DNA from: Eledone cirrhosa
Taxonomy: Eukaryota
DNA length: 64,000 nucleotides
Direction of reading: 5' to 3'
Assembly: GCA_964016885.1 (NCBI GenBank)
Contig: OZ024749.1
Location: forward strand, 46,934,001 to 46,998,000
Within the stretch, counting starts at the first letter, position 1, and each line of letters begins with the position of its first letter. The notes beneath the pieces were generated by a model. It did no database searches. It saw only the letters and a program-made list of their open reading frames with translations, and had not been told where the DNA came from. A program made the position numbers and the translations under genes. Below are positions 1-16,645 of this stretch, piece by piece.

Positions 1-3000
1 CATGCTATATTGTATTAGAATAACTGTTGCCTTTAGCGGAATATATTCTACGTGTTGATTTCAATTCCCCTTTATTTTCAATTATTAACACTTACGATTT
101 TATAGCTAAAATATATGCCTTTGCCATAAAACATATCTTATCGCATACCAAACGCTTGGTCGTATGGCTGAAGTAAAAAATCAATAAAAGTCATGTTTAA
201 TCTTTGCTGAAAGTGTTTCGTGAGTTATAATTTTTTTATTCAATCAAATGATTTCAAATAAGTTTCTGTTTTTATATGTTAATACTAATAATATTCATGT
301 ATGCATATTATGTATTAATATATTCTGGTTATAATTGTATTTCTATAAAGCAAGTAGATTATGCTAGAGGCAATACTTTGACCCTTTAGGCAATGAATAT
401 TGCTAATACCAATGTGTTCATTGCCTTCTATGATAATGTACGTCTCTGGTGGCATTCGCTGCGCCCTGAAGCAATCAAGATTTAATCTACTAACCTCGGT
501 CAAACTAAGTGAAGCATAGGCACTGCTGTGTATACCTAGTTGAATGAATTGCGCTTCTAATGATATGCAATTGTGTAATCAGTTGATTCAGCAGTTTAAA
601 AATCGCGAGACTGAAGTACTAAATCGATTTAATATTTGAACAATCGTTGTCTTTTAGATTATATAACATATATAAAACGAACATTCTACAGTGTAAATAT
701 GTGGGTTCAAAATACTATAAGTGACAATTGGATAAATCTGAATAATTCTACAAGGAATTGTTTGAATAGGGCATGCCAATATGCATCCCATCAATATCAT
801 ATCCATTCTGTCTACATCTAAGTGCTAAATGGGCGTAAATGGTATCAATAAAAGCTGATGTCTACGTATGGAAATACATAAACATTTCATTACATTCAAA
901 TATTGGTTTCGATTCTTCCCCTTAGTATAATGTCTTGCTAATATTTAACGGTTCATTTATCCTAAATACAATATGTTCAATATATATAGAACACGTCATA
1001 TATACATTAAGTTGAAACGTACAACGTTTACACTTGTAAAGAGTATACACACATACAGAAGAGTATATATACAGGTTCTGTAACCAAACATTATACATTT
1101 ATTGTGTTATCTCCACATAGGTATATGTAATAGCATGTTTCAGATAAGTTATATAGTTCAATCGTTATATCTGCCATTGTTCCTGTGTTAGGGCGTGTTT
1201 TCTTCATAGAAATATGCATACCAATATATATATATTATATATAAGAAATTACTTTATGCATAATATTATATATTACTGTCTATATACGCACATCTTATAT
1301 AATTCTAAACATTTCTATCTAGGTGGTTACTAACTGGATGTTATTTATCTGATTTTTACACAAATGCTTACAAAACATAAAATTTGGTATAACTGGGTAT
1401 CATATATATACGAACACACCTGGCAATTTCCTTCACTTTTTTAACGTTATCGGCATTCCCGTAATAGAGGCGTAATACATCTCAGTACGACAGTTTATGG
1501 ATTATAATCATAGAAGAATATAAACCCAGTGCGAGCTATTCTCTCAAATGACATATATTGATATGGTTTTCTATTTCTTACATAGTCAGCCGAGAGCAAA
1601 AAGTGCCAGGAATGTCAGCTGATCGTCAAAAACTAGAGTGTTCATGCTTTTAAATATCTTTACAACTAATCGACATAGCGTTCGGATTGGAAATTCAATT
1701 ACGTTTTCGCGGCATTTGAGATATTATTGAGTAGAGAATCGGACATACAATAATCTTCGTAATATATGCAATATATACGATTTCATACTTACAGCTGATT
1801 CACATATCACGTCAAAATTTTGTTATATTATAATACGCAAATTATTTAGAACAATTTGAAATATTGGAATAATTTCCCTTCCAGAATATTCATTGAATTA
1901 AATTGCCACTCATTAAAAGAAACGTCCTTGAGTTAAACCTTGTGAAACTGTTCATGTATTGTCTTGCATTTCTGTATGTAGTTACAAGAGACTGCAGGCA
2001 TTTGAAGTATATGTCGTATTTCTGTTTGACGACCATGCTACTGTAATGTACTGAAGCGTGTAAAGCATTCTCTTAGAAGTGAGATTTAACTGCATATTTG
2101 GAACGAGTGAATACTAAGATGCGTATAAATTGTATCACTTGAGATTTTATTGATATTTCTTTCTTTTATATGATAATTGCATATAAAAGGAAAGCATCAC
2201 TTCATGCATTTTTTTTCCTTAACGTAATATTCTATCATTTTGTTTAAAATTTCGCCCATTATTTTCCCTTTACTATTATGTCTCCAAGAAGCACCAGACT
2301 GCAGCACTCATGCTAGATTATATTTTTATATATTTATAGAGAGATGCATGGATGTGGGGATGTTAACATTAAACTGGAGGTGTTTTGCACATGCTTACAA
2401 TAATCTATACGCCGCTGATATACCTATATTATAGAAGTGACTGATTGAGTATGGTACATTACAACTCAGAAGGGGGAGAGCCAGCAATTATATACCAATG
2501 ATTCTCGTCCGGCGTGGTAAATATTACATCAAACTTTGTCGAATGCATGACAGAAAATAAATATATCCATGTGTAGATCTGTAATCGAAACTTTGTGAAA
2601 TAGGAATAAATAATGCAAAGACATTTGCTCATTGTTTCTTCAATTCTCTAAATGCAAATAATGTGTTATAAAATCTAGTTCGAAATAAAAGTAGACCATC
2701 GTCTGCAATAATCTCCGTGGGTGTGATTCATAAGATCATTATCGACAATGGACGAGTAAAAGGAAAATTGATCCTAACAATGTTGATTTAAAAAAAATAA
2801 GTATTGCCAAACTACCCCGTAACACATCTAGACAAATTAATTTCTCTTTCTCACCGACAACATTACATTAAAAAAGTTATTAATCTAAAGTCTGTGGCAT
2901 ACACATACATGTAACTATTAGTGTAATGTGAATTTTATTTCCTCATAAAATCGCATATTAGGAACTTCTAAACCATAACATTAATGTGTATCTAGTAGGA

Positions 3001-3348
3001 ATGATGAAAAATAACCAAACCAATGCAAACCACTACCAGAAGTCACCTTATAACCCATTTTTATGATGTCCATTATATCCTTACTTACTTAACTGAAAAC
3101 ATTGCTTTACTAGATATTCGATTAGGTTAATGTAAAATGGATGCGTATAAATATTTTCTCAGTGTTCATAATATATTCTCTCACGAAAACAATAATCATG
3201 TTTATCTGTAGATATACACAATTACTTATTTTTCTATCCCAAAAATAATTGATAGACATGTATACTTTCATATACAGACATAATATCGAACAGCTACATA
3301 TATATAATTTATCTATCTCTATCTCTTACTCTATCTCCCACTCTCTCC

Positions 3349-3492
<144 letters not shown>

Positions 3493-6400
3493 TTGGAGAG
3501 ATAAGGGCAATCATGATTGTATCTTTGTTTGCATAAACTATAAACTTTTCCCAAAATGTTATTGAAAAGCAAATATATAGTAGATATATTAGAGAAGCAT
3601 AGTTAAAAGGGACTATTATTTACCCCCTGTCTAAGTTTAATTTGCAAGAATGAAGACAACTTAAATGTTATTTTTTAAATAATATGGCATAATGCCATAT
3701 ATTTCAATAATTGATTTACTGCTCGATTAAATATAGTTTCAGACCAATACAATTAATGAAACAGAACTTGTGGCAATTACGAAACAATACTGGGAAAATA
3801 TGGTAACATTAGTTAAGTAAGAGTATGGGTAACTTCTCAAAAGTCACAAACGATAAATATGTATGTTAAGAAAATATTTCATAATGTCCAGGACTCACAA
3901 TAGGCTACGAAATTTCCATTGTTACACATACTAAGACGGGTATTTAACGAATAACGGTCCTGTTTGTAGAGCTAGAAACCATCAATCATAAAATATAGGA
4001 TTAATATTATTTACCGGTTAGGGACAGAAATAAACCTTCCTTTGATAAATCTGCCATTTCTAGCATAGTACAACTAATCCAGTTGAAATATCTAAACAAA
4101 CCTCTATAATTGTTATGAAATAAAGTAGAGAGAGAAACATTCCTGGTGAGTTTATTATGCAAATGCGTTGAAGAGTGGAATATATATCGAACGTGGCAAC
4201 TGTTTCCGAGAAGAAACATGAGTTTAGTTATGTGAAAGGTTTCAAGAAGGTAGAGTTTAGAAATAGTTGATAAGGTCTCTAGGTATATCATACGTAAGCT
4301 ACCTCATTATTTTTATGTTAAATTCGTGAAAGAAATGGTAACGCTATGCACAAAATGGAGTTAAATTTCTCTAGCTTTCACACCATGAATTTCAAAGGCT
4401 AAGTAGAAGTTACATATCCCGTTTTATTGAAAATAAATATCCGGCTACTATGTATGCTGCTGCTGAAAGAAATTTAAACGTGTCCACCAACTTACGCATA
4501 TACATATCAACACACAAGAAACCACATACACAGAAACACATTCACTTATACTTAGAGGCAAGTACACTCACGCACAGCCACTTACAAATAAAATGTTGTT
4601 TAATTGTCTCAACGTTATACAGAAATGATTAAAATGTATCTACATATAATAGGTATAATAGGTTAAATGTGTATATATACGTGCGTTCAGTTTTCATGAA
4701 CGATTCCATTATTGGCAGAATATACGACTCTATCGTTCTGTTTGGAAGATAAACGAAGAAATATATATTTCATTTCGGAAAGAAGAAGATACTCTCGGTA
4801 AATTATACAATAATACCTTAATGGCAGGAAGTAATATGATTCTCAGGATTTTCACTTTGAATTGCTTTCTGTGTGAAACATTCAAATTCAGATAACATGT
4901 CTCTTGCTGCAGGATAAAACCGCACGGTGAATACAGATCCTGATAATTCTTAACATTGCCCGGTCACGAAAGGTATTTCTTATACTCATAACGGCCAAGC
5001 CTGTTGAGCTAAACAATACCTACTTGTATATCTATAACGTTTCCATTTTTCATTGTGAAATATACATTAATTGACATAACCATATTTTAAAGAACTTAAT
5101 AACAACTCTATGGGAGGCATACATTAACAATCCTAGTACCAACACAAGCAATTTTGGAATAGAAAATCATTTCGTTTACCGATATTGATGTGTTCAATTA
5201 GTCTAACAGGAGAAACGTACATTAGTTTTGCTCTTAGATTCAAAATACTATTACTGTGTAGTTAAACATGCACCAGTCTTAAAAGTCATTTAATCAATTC
5301 CAAAACAAAGAATATAATGTGATTCCCGACCCCGTTTTTTATCATGGGAAGATGTTCATTGTTATGAATACGCCTAATTACACTGTGTAGCTTAGACACA
5401 CACACACACACAAACACATATATATATTTAAAAACACAAACACGCATATATATATATATATGTTTTTTTTTTGGGGGGGGGGTATGTGTGTGCGAGTTGG
5501 TTGGTTGATGATTGTAGATACGCGTGTGATAAAGTGCCGTTGAACTGTTATGGATTATCAACCTGGGGTTTTCTGATTACACCATCAACAAATAGTATAG
5601 ACTTGTAAATACAGTTAATTGGATCTTGAACTATATGAGGATCCTGTGTCAAACCGCTTGTCGCACAATAACTTTTAATTTAAAATAAGGATAAGAAATC
5701 ACAAATTTATACTAGACCCTCTGGAGGTATTAGCCGAAGTTAAAATAAAATGTGTGCACTAGACCATGTATTGGAAATGCATGCCACCTTGGAAATAAGT
5801 ATAAACAGAGCCCGGCTTCATATTTTAATATGTTTCTAATACCTTAAAAAGTGATTTATCATTGCATTTATCCAGCAATGAGATTTTACTACCGTCCATC
5901 AGTTCGTATCATCTAGCTCTTATGTAGGATGACATATAAGGTTTCTACGAATAATGAAGTATTGAAAGTATACACCATTATCAGTGTGATGATTTTAGAA
6001 AGGTAATTTCTATTCGCACAAATAGTATTTAAATATGAAGGGAATTACATATAGTAACGAGATTATATATTGGGGGTTTAAAACATTGCTTGAAGCATCG
6101 TCAGTATTCTAGTAATCTACTTGCATACAGGTTTGGAAATTTAGTCAAATTTCACAAGGTTTATGCATATTTTACGTTTGGGTGGTAATATTCATAAACA
6201 AGGAAGAATGCCTAAGCGCATTCTTTAACTGGGATAGAAGAAACCCTTTTCATATTCACGATCACCGAATTAGATATATTATTATTTGTTACCTGGAACG
6301 ACGCTACTTTCATATCCTCTGAATAGAAGGACATTTCGATTAGTAATTGTCCTGCAAATGTTCCATTTATGAAATTGTAGGTGCGAGGGAAAAAGGAAAT

Positions 6401-8317
6401 GTAATAACAATTAGTTTTCAAGAAACTTCTTGGCACCCACAAGGCATGCATAGAAATTCGGTGCATAATTTGACAAAGTGAATATGGATGTCACAAATAC
6501 AATTTTAAGACCATCATCATCATCCTTAAATGGTGAGTTATGTACCCATATGAATAAATATGGCCAAGTTTAAATAATGGCAAATCGACGAATGTACTTA
6601 TATACAAATAACCGAAGGAGAGATGCGCTGGGCGTGGGGAGGGGGGGATTATCTTTAAATTTGTAGAGGGGAACAATTCTAAAGTTATATATATATACAC
6701 ACAGGTATATGCTTACACAATAGATACTGGTCATAAACCTAATAATATGTATATAGCCTCTCTTAACGTTTTGTAATATAGTCTCCCGACATATAGAAGT
6801 CAATAAAATATAACATGTACCGTACATGATCGACTAGACTGCCAAGAGTTGTGACCTACATTCGTAGCCACTACTGTGTGATTGAAATAATTAAAATATA
6901 GTGAATGAACATTATATTGACTCAGTGCGTTAAGACCAACTAGACTCTTATATAGTATAAACCGTAATATTTGTTTGAAATTGATCATATTCTTCTTTTT
7001 TTGTTCCCTGACGTGACTTTAATAGTGTTTTTATTCTATCGGAATAAAGTTATACGTTCAGTAACATTTGTTTAGATATCTTCAAAAACAATGAGATTCA
7101 GTAGAATTACAAAACCAAATATATATAAATCAAATAATTTTCTTTGATCAACCCACTCCATTGATCTAAGCAATTAATGAACAAGATCATTTTTTTTAAT
7201 TGCTTGCTATTGAATATTTATATTCAATTTGAATAATGCGGAGTACAACCTCACATTCTCACCTCTATAATTGCCGAACACAGTGAAGAGATATACAAAT
7301 ATGTTCATATAAAAACTGAAACACTATCGTTTATGCCTATGATTGTTGTCACAAGAATATATTGCATTTTTTTTATTTGTAGGGAAATGCGTGTTTTACT
7401 GTATAACCATTGTTAACCAATGCATTTCATTCAATACATCCTTAAATAAAAATACGTTCTTCTATAACATGCCCAACTCTAGATTAGGTTTATATATGTA
7501 GCATGTATCTTAAGGTATATATCTAAATCTTCTCTATTTTTGTTAGAAAAAAAAAGGATCGGAGTTAGAAAACGATGTTTTGAAAATAATGTATTTAACT
7601 TTTCCAAGCCACTACATGAAGGTAACTAAAACATGATAACAATGAATATATGCATTAAATATAAAATAGAGAAGTGTTGTTTGCTTACTTGAAGGCTATT
7701 TAAAAAAAAAATCTATTAGCTGATTATACATCATTCATTAATAACTTCAAACTGCTGTCCTTTTCCAATAACCCACTAATTTCCCTAGACGGACGTAAGC
7801 AGGTGGATACGTAAATAAATCATTTGATGCGTTTTTTTTAACGTTCAAATATGCGATTTCATAAACATGGAGTTTGATGTCGGTTATATTCATAATCAAG
7901 ATTCACAGGAGCAGGATAGGGCTTAGCGATATTGTGAAATTTGACATTATTTGGAATGGAAATGAAACGTTAAAATCTGCATTTTCAAACATTATGAAAT
8001 GTTAATACGTGATGAGAATTGTTATAGATATTTCAAGAAACTTTTATTTGTGATTAATGTTCAAAAAGTAACCGTTATATAATGACATATTATACATCAG
8101 TTAAGTTTGTATTTAAAGATAGCACCATAAACCTTCGTTATTACTGTAACTCTCTGACACGATGACCATGGAGACATTGTTCTGTTGTCATTTGTTCTCC
8201 CTCTATCTCAGACATATCCCAGCTGACACACTGATACACACAAATACACGTCTTCTCTCTCTCTCTCTCTCTCTCGCTATATATATATATAATGCCCTAG
8301 TGGCAAATAAAAGAAAC

Positions 8318-8364
<47 letters not shown>

Positions 8365-8376
8365 GCATATATATTA

Positions 8377-8442
<66 letters not shown>

Positions 8443-9156
8443 ATGTGTATGTGTGTTTGTGTGTTTGTGTGTGGAAATAAATCACAAAGATGGAAGTTTA
8501 CAGATACTTTGACCACTATTTGAGATTACAGATAGATTAGAAATTAGGAATGGACGTATGTGTGTAACTTGAATAGAAAATAATTTCTCTATAATTTCTT
8601 TGTCTAAAATTCAATTTGTGTTAATATTGCATTATAGTGTATTATTTTCATTTAAGTAAAAAAAAAATAGATTTACTTAAATACTTTATACCATGATGCC
8701 AAAGGCAAAAACAATATATCACAAGAACAAATTGAAAATATAATAAAGAAAATCACATATCGAGGACATTTCCCTTAGTAATACAGTAATTATACTATTG
8801 TCTGCTCTTTAAATGCTAGAATTCCAGTGATGCGTACATTTCCTATTTAAATGGAAATGGAAATACGCGGCATAATAAAATAAACATATATTTATATAAA
8901 TCAACAAATCTAAAAACAATTTCACTAATTGCTTGAACAATAGCTTTTATAAATATTATCATTTTTATTTTCCTTCTATTACATATTAGGCTTAGATTTC
9001 TGAATCATATACACTGATACACATTAAAAACTTATCCTTTTAAACAAACACTCGTAGAAAGCAGCAGACACAACACCACGTACACTCACATACATGTACC
9101 CACATATATATATATTTATATATATATTATATATTCATATATATATATATTATATA

Positions 9157-9244
<88 letters not shown>

Positions 9245-9318
9245 TATATATATATGTGTATTTATATATATATATACATACACACATACACATATGTATA
9301 CATATGTATGTGAGTATG

Positions 9319-9372
<54 letters not shown>

Positions 9373-9392
9373 CACACGCATATATGTATACG

Positions 9393-9453
<61 letters not shown>

Positions 9454-10924
9454 CCAAATGTATAAAACGTTTCTGTGGAATTATGACGCACATATATTTT
9501 CCATGTATGTACATACGGATTGTGAGTGTATGTGCATGTGTTTTCTTATACATACATACATGTAGACATGTGTTCTCTAGATTGGTATGTGCAAACTATT
9601 TCCATATGTACATAATATTCAGTATATCACAATGCCTTCAATGCATACATGTGTGTATGTCATTCCTTGATAATATATGTTTTTAGTCTCACATACATTG
9701 AAATACATTTGTTTATTTAAATGTGCATTGATCATTAGTATTCTTCCGTTTGGTTCATTGTAATATTGTATTGTTTTTCTCCAGCTTTCATAGATTTATT
9801 TGTTTAAAATTTCAATATTCACCTCATCCCATCAATTTGTTTTAAATAAAAATGCACCTCTGCTTGAAAGCAAACATTTACCAGTGAAACAATTAATTGA
9901 GTTCCTATTATTTTTACAAACATGGAGATATGTTCTGAACAGTAAGTTAAACACAATCAAATATTTTAATGATAACAAAATATATTATATAAAATAACAA
10001 ATGGTAGATATTTATACAATTCAATAGCATTTGAAACGTTCTTATTTTATTTTTCTATAGTTTAGTTATCGGTTTTCCTCATTCGTTTCATTTATTTGCA
10101 TTTATATATGTGTTTGTTTCTTTCTGAAGCAATTGCAACATTGCACAATGGTCTGGAATTATGTTTCGGAAGACAGAGTTTTGATTTGGCTTCATAATAT
10201 CCATTAAGCACTTAAGATATCAATGTTTATTAGTATTATATTTATTTTATATACCAATTAGTAATAGTGTCGTTGGTTACTACTTTCCAACGAACCATTG
10301 AGAGAATCATCGCATTTCTGATGGCATATTTGCCACAGGAAAGTAGTATAAATGTTGCTATTTGCAGAACAAATAATATAAAATGTTCGATTCGAAGATA
10401 AATTACTTTGCAATTTTCCCTTGAATTTTTCAACGTAAAATTAATCTTGATTGGGCACTGATATGGATATTCAGTTAAAACGTTCGATACGCAGGGACGC
10501 AAAGTAATATTCAACTATATTGTTACATATGGCAGAAATCCAGTTTAACGCAACTGCTGTTTGCCCGGAGCATAACTGAGTGAAATTTGACAACACGAAT
10601 CTCCTGATAAGCGTTATCGTGTCGCCAAATGTATAAACCACACAGAAAAAGACGATACGTTCTATAAAGAAGTTTGTCCTCTGTCAGTAGCATTTATGTA
10701 CAATATACATCAGATTGTAGCCGGCGCAATTCAGTCAACAGCACATACATAACTATAAAAAACATAATATTTCTTGATTGAATCAACGGCAAAATAAGCT
10801 GCAATATATATGTGTTGAGATATTTTTCATATAATATTTTGGCTCTGTACATCACATAGAAACGTTTTTTACTTACATCTCATTCTATGAAAATAATGTT
10901 CAATATATAAATATATATATATTT

Positions 10925-10980
10925 AAGATCCCGTTAACAGTGAAATCAGCGATTCTTTGATTAAACTTTATTCTGTTATA

Positions 10981-10985
<5 letters not shown>
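10925..10985 (+). mobile_element. short 3' fragment of PLE family F with a partial hammerhead
   Basis: AAGATCCCGTTAACAGTGAAATCAGCGATTCTTTGATTAAACTTTATTCTG matches 55143-55200 and the reverse complement of 60430-60495; flanked by (TA)n. Confidence 0.75.
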
Positions 10986-11067
<82 letters not shown>

Positions 11068-11799
11068 GTGTGTGTGTGTGTGTATAAATGAATTTATTGC
11101 AGTTCATTGTTGTGAATAGTGGTGCTGTTATATAGAAGTAGAATTTGGGTAAGTCAACTATTACAATGACACGACATATATGTTATAGTGCAATTCGAAA
11201 TATTCCCTTGACAATAATAAACTAAACTCACCATCAAGGATAATACATTTAGTTCTACACATCTCTTGAATAATAATAAAAAAATGGAAAATATAAAATC
11301 ATCTCTACAAAGAGTTAGCGATAGTTAAATACCGGATCCTCAAATCCACGCAATATAACAATTTTAATGCATTAATCAATCATAGCTAATTGAACGAAGA
11401 TGGAAAATATCTTGTTTCTGAATAAAAGCGAATATTCACGAACAGCTCAAGATTATTCTATGACTAAATAAAAGATGGTTGTATTTCATGACACGATGCC
11501 TGATCAGTACCTTATGTTGTGTTTTTGTTTTTTTTTAGATTCAGCCTAAAATATCTTTAGTTAAATTGCATTTATTTTGATTTGTTTTACATTTTTCCAC
11601 AGACAGTCACACGCACACTATCTCTCTCTCCCCCTCTCTATGTCCTCCTCCCTTCTCCCCCTATTTCTCTCCCCTCCCCTCTCTCCATATATGTGCGTGT
11701 ATATAAATAATTTGAGACCTGTAGCATACGTATGATCTCACATGAAATAATGTATTTTCTCATGAACTGAAAAAAACACTGATGAAATTAGTAATGTAT

Positions 11800-11838
11800 T
11801 ACTACTACTACTACTAATACTACTACTGCTACTACTAG

Positions 11839-11893
<55 letters not shown>

Positions 11894-11908
11894 GCCAATA
11901 CTACTATT
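11800..11908. repeat. (ACT)n microsatellite
   Basis: Directly visible; source of the poly-Val ORF. Confidence 0.95.
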
Positions 11909-12634
11909 GATGGCATAACTGATAATGCTCTCAAGGCATTATTTTTATATACGTAAAAACGGTTGTACAATTCAGCAAAAGTAGGCGACTTGCACTTCTA
12001 AGAACGACTTATTAGAACCGATCTCTTAACACTCTACGTTCAGATTCAAGACAGTTAAATGTCATTTATAAGATCTTCACGACCCAGTCTCCTCACGATG
12101 AACATTTCGAAGATAAATGTGAACATTCTGTTTTAATTAATAACTATCTGTCATGCTTTCTCACTTCGTATTTCGAATGTGATGTCACATCACGCATAAT
12201 CCATCCTAACTCACTAAATAACATGCAAACATATATGTTTAAGAGAATCCGCCTGAGGTCAGACAACATAAATACCGTGTTTCACTATAGGAAAATGGTA
12301 CATTATATTCTGACAGATGGGATAATTTTATTAATTTCACTTCATAGTTATTTAATTGTCATTGATTGTACTCTTTTAAGTCTGTTCATACACCTTAGCC
12401 ACCAGACGGAGTTGATGATACGACTTTCGGCGCTTTCAATTAGTGGGTAATTCATTGCCACTAAATTAGAGAATGATAAATTTAGCCGTCTTATACAGGC
12501 TCTTTTGTCCACCATGTAAATTTGAGCTCTATTTAAAATGTATGTTTTGCATGAAATAATTTATTGTCTCATTTTCTTCAGATATTGCATCACTGGAAAC
12601 ATATATGTTTACACTGTTGAGCCAATATTATTAT

Positions 12635-12820
12635 GATTGGCCGTACCGGTAGAGCGTCGGACAGCTAGTTTGCAACATAGAGTTTCGGCACTTTACGATC
12701 AGATATCAAATACTACCGCGGTTAGCTTTGCCTTTCATTCTTACGGGGTCGATAAAATAAAGTACCAGTAATGCGCTGGGATAATTGCTGCCTCTGTGCC
12801 AAAAGTAGAACAAATTATTG
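12635..12820 (+). mobile_element. tRNA-derived SINE, diverged copy
   Basis: Aligns by eye to 52351-52545 (TTTGCCTTTCATTCTTACGGGGTCGATAAAATAAAGTACCAGTAATGC ... AAAGTAGAAC). Confidence 0.85.
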
Positions 12821-14283
12821 TGATTGTCGTCGCACTAGGAAACTGTTTGTGCTTCTATGAATTATATTTTTTTCGTCGGCAGAGAGAAATGTATATATCA
12901 ATTGATTTTATCGAGATTTGAAATGATATTTCAAGGAAATACATAAGGAAATACAGCAAGGCAATTTTCCACGATATTTCAACATATTATTAATATTAAT
13001 ATTATTTATTTTAAGTACATAAACTTTAAGACACGAAGCTTTAGTAAAGTCGAAAATTGAAGATAAAGATATACGAAATCAGCAGAAAAATATTCTTAGG
13101 AGAAAATTGAAATAGATAATTAATAGATTAATATAGCTTCATATTTAGCAAAACATCCTCCAGAATAAAGTAACATTAGGATTCATATTCCTAGTTTTAT
13201 TGACACTGTTATTACTAATATCGTTAATATTATTATTGTTATTCTTATAAGCAGCTCTAAAACAAGTATGAATAAACAAAACTATTACATCGACTTATGA
13301 AAAAGATGATAATGATAACAAAAAGGAAATAGTAATATTTATATTAATGTTTTTTTATGATTAGAGAAAATCTTGTGCGAAACTAATTCCGATAAGAAAA
13401 AAATTGCCCCACAACCGTCTACTTCTTATTTATCGCATCTCAATTTAATGATACAAGAGTTTTTTAATAAAGACCAATTTTGGTGGTGGTGAATATATCG
13501 AAAGTACATCCGTCCAGCGTAAATATATATCGCTACCAAACACAGATCACCGCAGAATCACAAAGCACAGATCGGCATAAACACATTAAACATTTCAAAT
13601 TATCGCTGACTACAGCCATTCAAATTCAAGAGAACTATTACAATCAGGGATATATATATATATACCCATTTTATTTCAATGTTATTACCGTCAGGTATTC
13701 TATCGTATAATGATATATATAATTCCCTTTCCAATAGTATGGAGTACTAGGTTGTATAAAGAGTGAAGCCTCTCGTACTCAAACATACACACATACACAC
13801 AAACGTACATACATACAGATACGTTGCACGGACGAACGTAGGCGTGCAACTTCATACATCCAAGGTGATTAATATTTTATGCTTGCTATTCCCTTCTATA
13901 TCTTTGAATAAGAAACAAATTCGGAGGATTCAATCAGATTGTAGCTAAACATATTTACGTCATGGCGTACAAATGTAAATCAGATTTGGGCATATATGAA
14001 ACATTCAAGTCTTCTGTATTTGAAGAGAAAAAGTGATTTTAAATTTTTTATAAAATTACAACAAAGAATAAAGTGAATATAGACTAAAAGGAAATCCAGT
14101 GTGTTCTACCAGGAAAACCTAGACGTAATGTAAATATCAGAATAACATGTTTTGCTCAAAAACAATACGTTTTCATGGCATGGTCGACGCTTGGAAATGT
14201 ATTGCCATATACCTGGATTCACGTTTATATATATATTTCCATTCTCTCTGCTACTCTCTCTCTCTCCCGCCCCTCTCCCTCGA

Positions 14284-14403
<120 letters not shown>

Positions 14404-14945
14404 ATATATATATATGTATGTATATGTATAAATATATTTTTCTATATGCATACACCCATACATGCATACATATATGTAACGAGAGAAGTAAACGGAGATA
14501 TATAGACATTTAGAGCAATAGATAACCAAAATCTGAATTAGTAACATATTTTGAATCATGTTTACGACCCAAGATTATCCTTTTAACTTGTATGAAATAC
14601 AGCTGGCAATAACGTTCAATAATACAGATCAATCAATAACCCGTCTGATACTACATTATAAAATACATGTTTTGCAGAATGAACATGTTTTTAGCTCTTT
14701 AAAATATTTTGAAACTTGATCTACCATATCTCATCTCTCTTCATTGTTAGTTTGATATTAATGCCATTAATAGGCTGAGTGGTTGCAGGTGTTGATGTGT
14801 AACAAGACTGTAATAATGCAACTAACATCGCTAATTCAGTTATAACACATCTAGCCGATATTAAATTTGAAATTATCCGTATCTCTCTCTCTTTCTCTCT
14901 CTCTCTATATATATATACATATATATATACACATACACACACACA

Positions 14946-15043
<98 letters not shown>

Positions 15044-15195
15044 TAAAGTGTTAAACAATATTCAATGAGTATGTCAAAGAATGAGTTTTACAGTAGATTG
15101 GAAGCACTCTAAGGTAAAATAATTTCCGAAGTTATTAATATTAAAATATAAATGTTAATAAAATAGATGTTCTTTTGATCAATTACATTTTTTTT

Positions 15196-15239
15196 AATAC
15201 ATATTTCAGATGTACAACAGTACGTCCTCATCAGGCAAT
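15196..15239 (-). ncRNA. hammerhead-like motif lacking the 3' strand of stem I
   Basis: Minus strand: CTGATGA GGACGTAC tgtt GTACATCT GAAA TATGTA TT, then an A-run instead of the stem I partner. Confidence 0.55.
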
Positions 15240-15646
15240 ATATAACGATAGATGACATACCCTGAGATGTTAAATGGTTAAGATTTAATCAAGGTAGTGA
15301 TTAACCCAAGAGAAGATTTAACATATATACCCTAATTATGAGAAAATGCGAAAACGTAATAAATTGATTAGAGAATGTGTGAGTAAGAAAAACGTTGCTT
15401 AATGTAAATATTATAGAGATTTTAAAATGTATGATACTACGATATATCTAGGAAAACATCTCATGAATCATAACAGCCAGTGATAGCCACTGGAAAATGA
15501 TTTATAAAGAGGGAAAGATAACGGGGGGGGGGGGGGGGGTTTGATATATGCTGAATAAGATTTTTTTCCGAAAGTTAAACGGTTAAATTTGAAAATATTA
15601 AATTTAAATTGATAATATTAGGGTGGAGACTCCAGATTTCAGGATT

Positions 15647-15740
15647 ATTTGCTGGTTATATTAGTTTTATAAATTCAATAAGTGTGTTATCATTTGCTGG
15701 TTATATTAGTTTTATAAATTCAATAAGTGTGTTATCATTT
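15647..15740. repeat. perfect 45-bp tandem duplication
   Basis: ATTTGCTGGTTATATTAGTTTTATAAATTCAATAAGTGTGTTATC occurs twice. Confidence 0.95.
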
Positions 15741-15838
15741 CTAAGCTTCTGAGTTTTATGAGGGTAACATTTAAAGGATTTAGCTGGCACATAAAGAATG
15801 AAATATTATACTCTTGATAATTTACCTAAATTTAGATG

Positions 15839-16445
15839 TTAACAAAGATACCAACATATTAGGTATGCAAAGCTTTTGAAGTACTTATTGTTATAAATAT
15901 TTAAATAACGATTATGTATATAGATATATATTAATGAACCAGTATATTTTAGGTAAATAATAATGACGAAGATAAAAATAAAATATGATAATAGATTGAG
16001 AAATGTTAAGGTTAAATATACACCTATGTATAACTGGGTGTAAATGTATTAATTATTCTTTAACAAAGATACCAAAACATTAGGTATGTAAAGCTTCTGA
16101 AGTATTTATTGTTAGAAATATTTAAATAACGATTATGTATATATATATATATATTATTGATCCAGTATGTTTTAGGTAAATGCTAACGAAAATAAAAATA
16201 AATTGAAGCATGTTACGGCTACATATACACCTATATTTAACGGGGTGTAAATACATTAATTATTCTTAGTTCAGATTGTACGTAATCAATACATTTAGAA
16301 GTTAAGTAAAAACTGTGTATAGGAAGATATAGGGAGGTATATATATATAGATGCATATTATGTATTAATGGTACAGTATAGTTTAGGCAAATAATAACGG
16401 TTATAATTTTATAAAGTAGAGTTCAACGTGTTACATTTAAATATA
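15839..16445. repeat. ~220-bp diverged tandem repeat (2 copies plus a partial third)
   Basis: TTAACAAAGATACCAA..TTAGGTATG starts at 15839 and 16060; partial third copy at ~16340-16445. Confidence 0.85.
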
Positions 16446-16645
16446 TATATATATAAGAAACACAATTATAAGTTCATGGATAATTCAGAGTTCAAAATAA
16501 TGTCTATAATAATTTTTAGTTTGGATATTTTCTCCAAATTTGAATCATATATATAGAAATGTGGTAGGTATATTTAAAAATATTTAAACATATATGAAAC
16601 TAGATACATATTATAATACATTATATTATAGATAAGAGATGAAAA

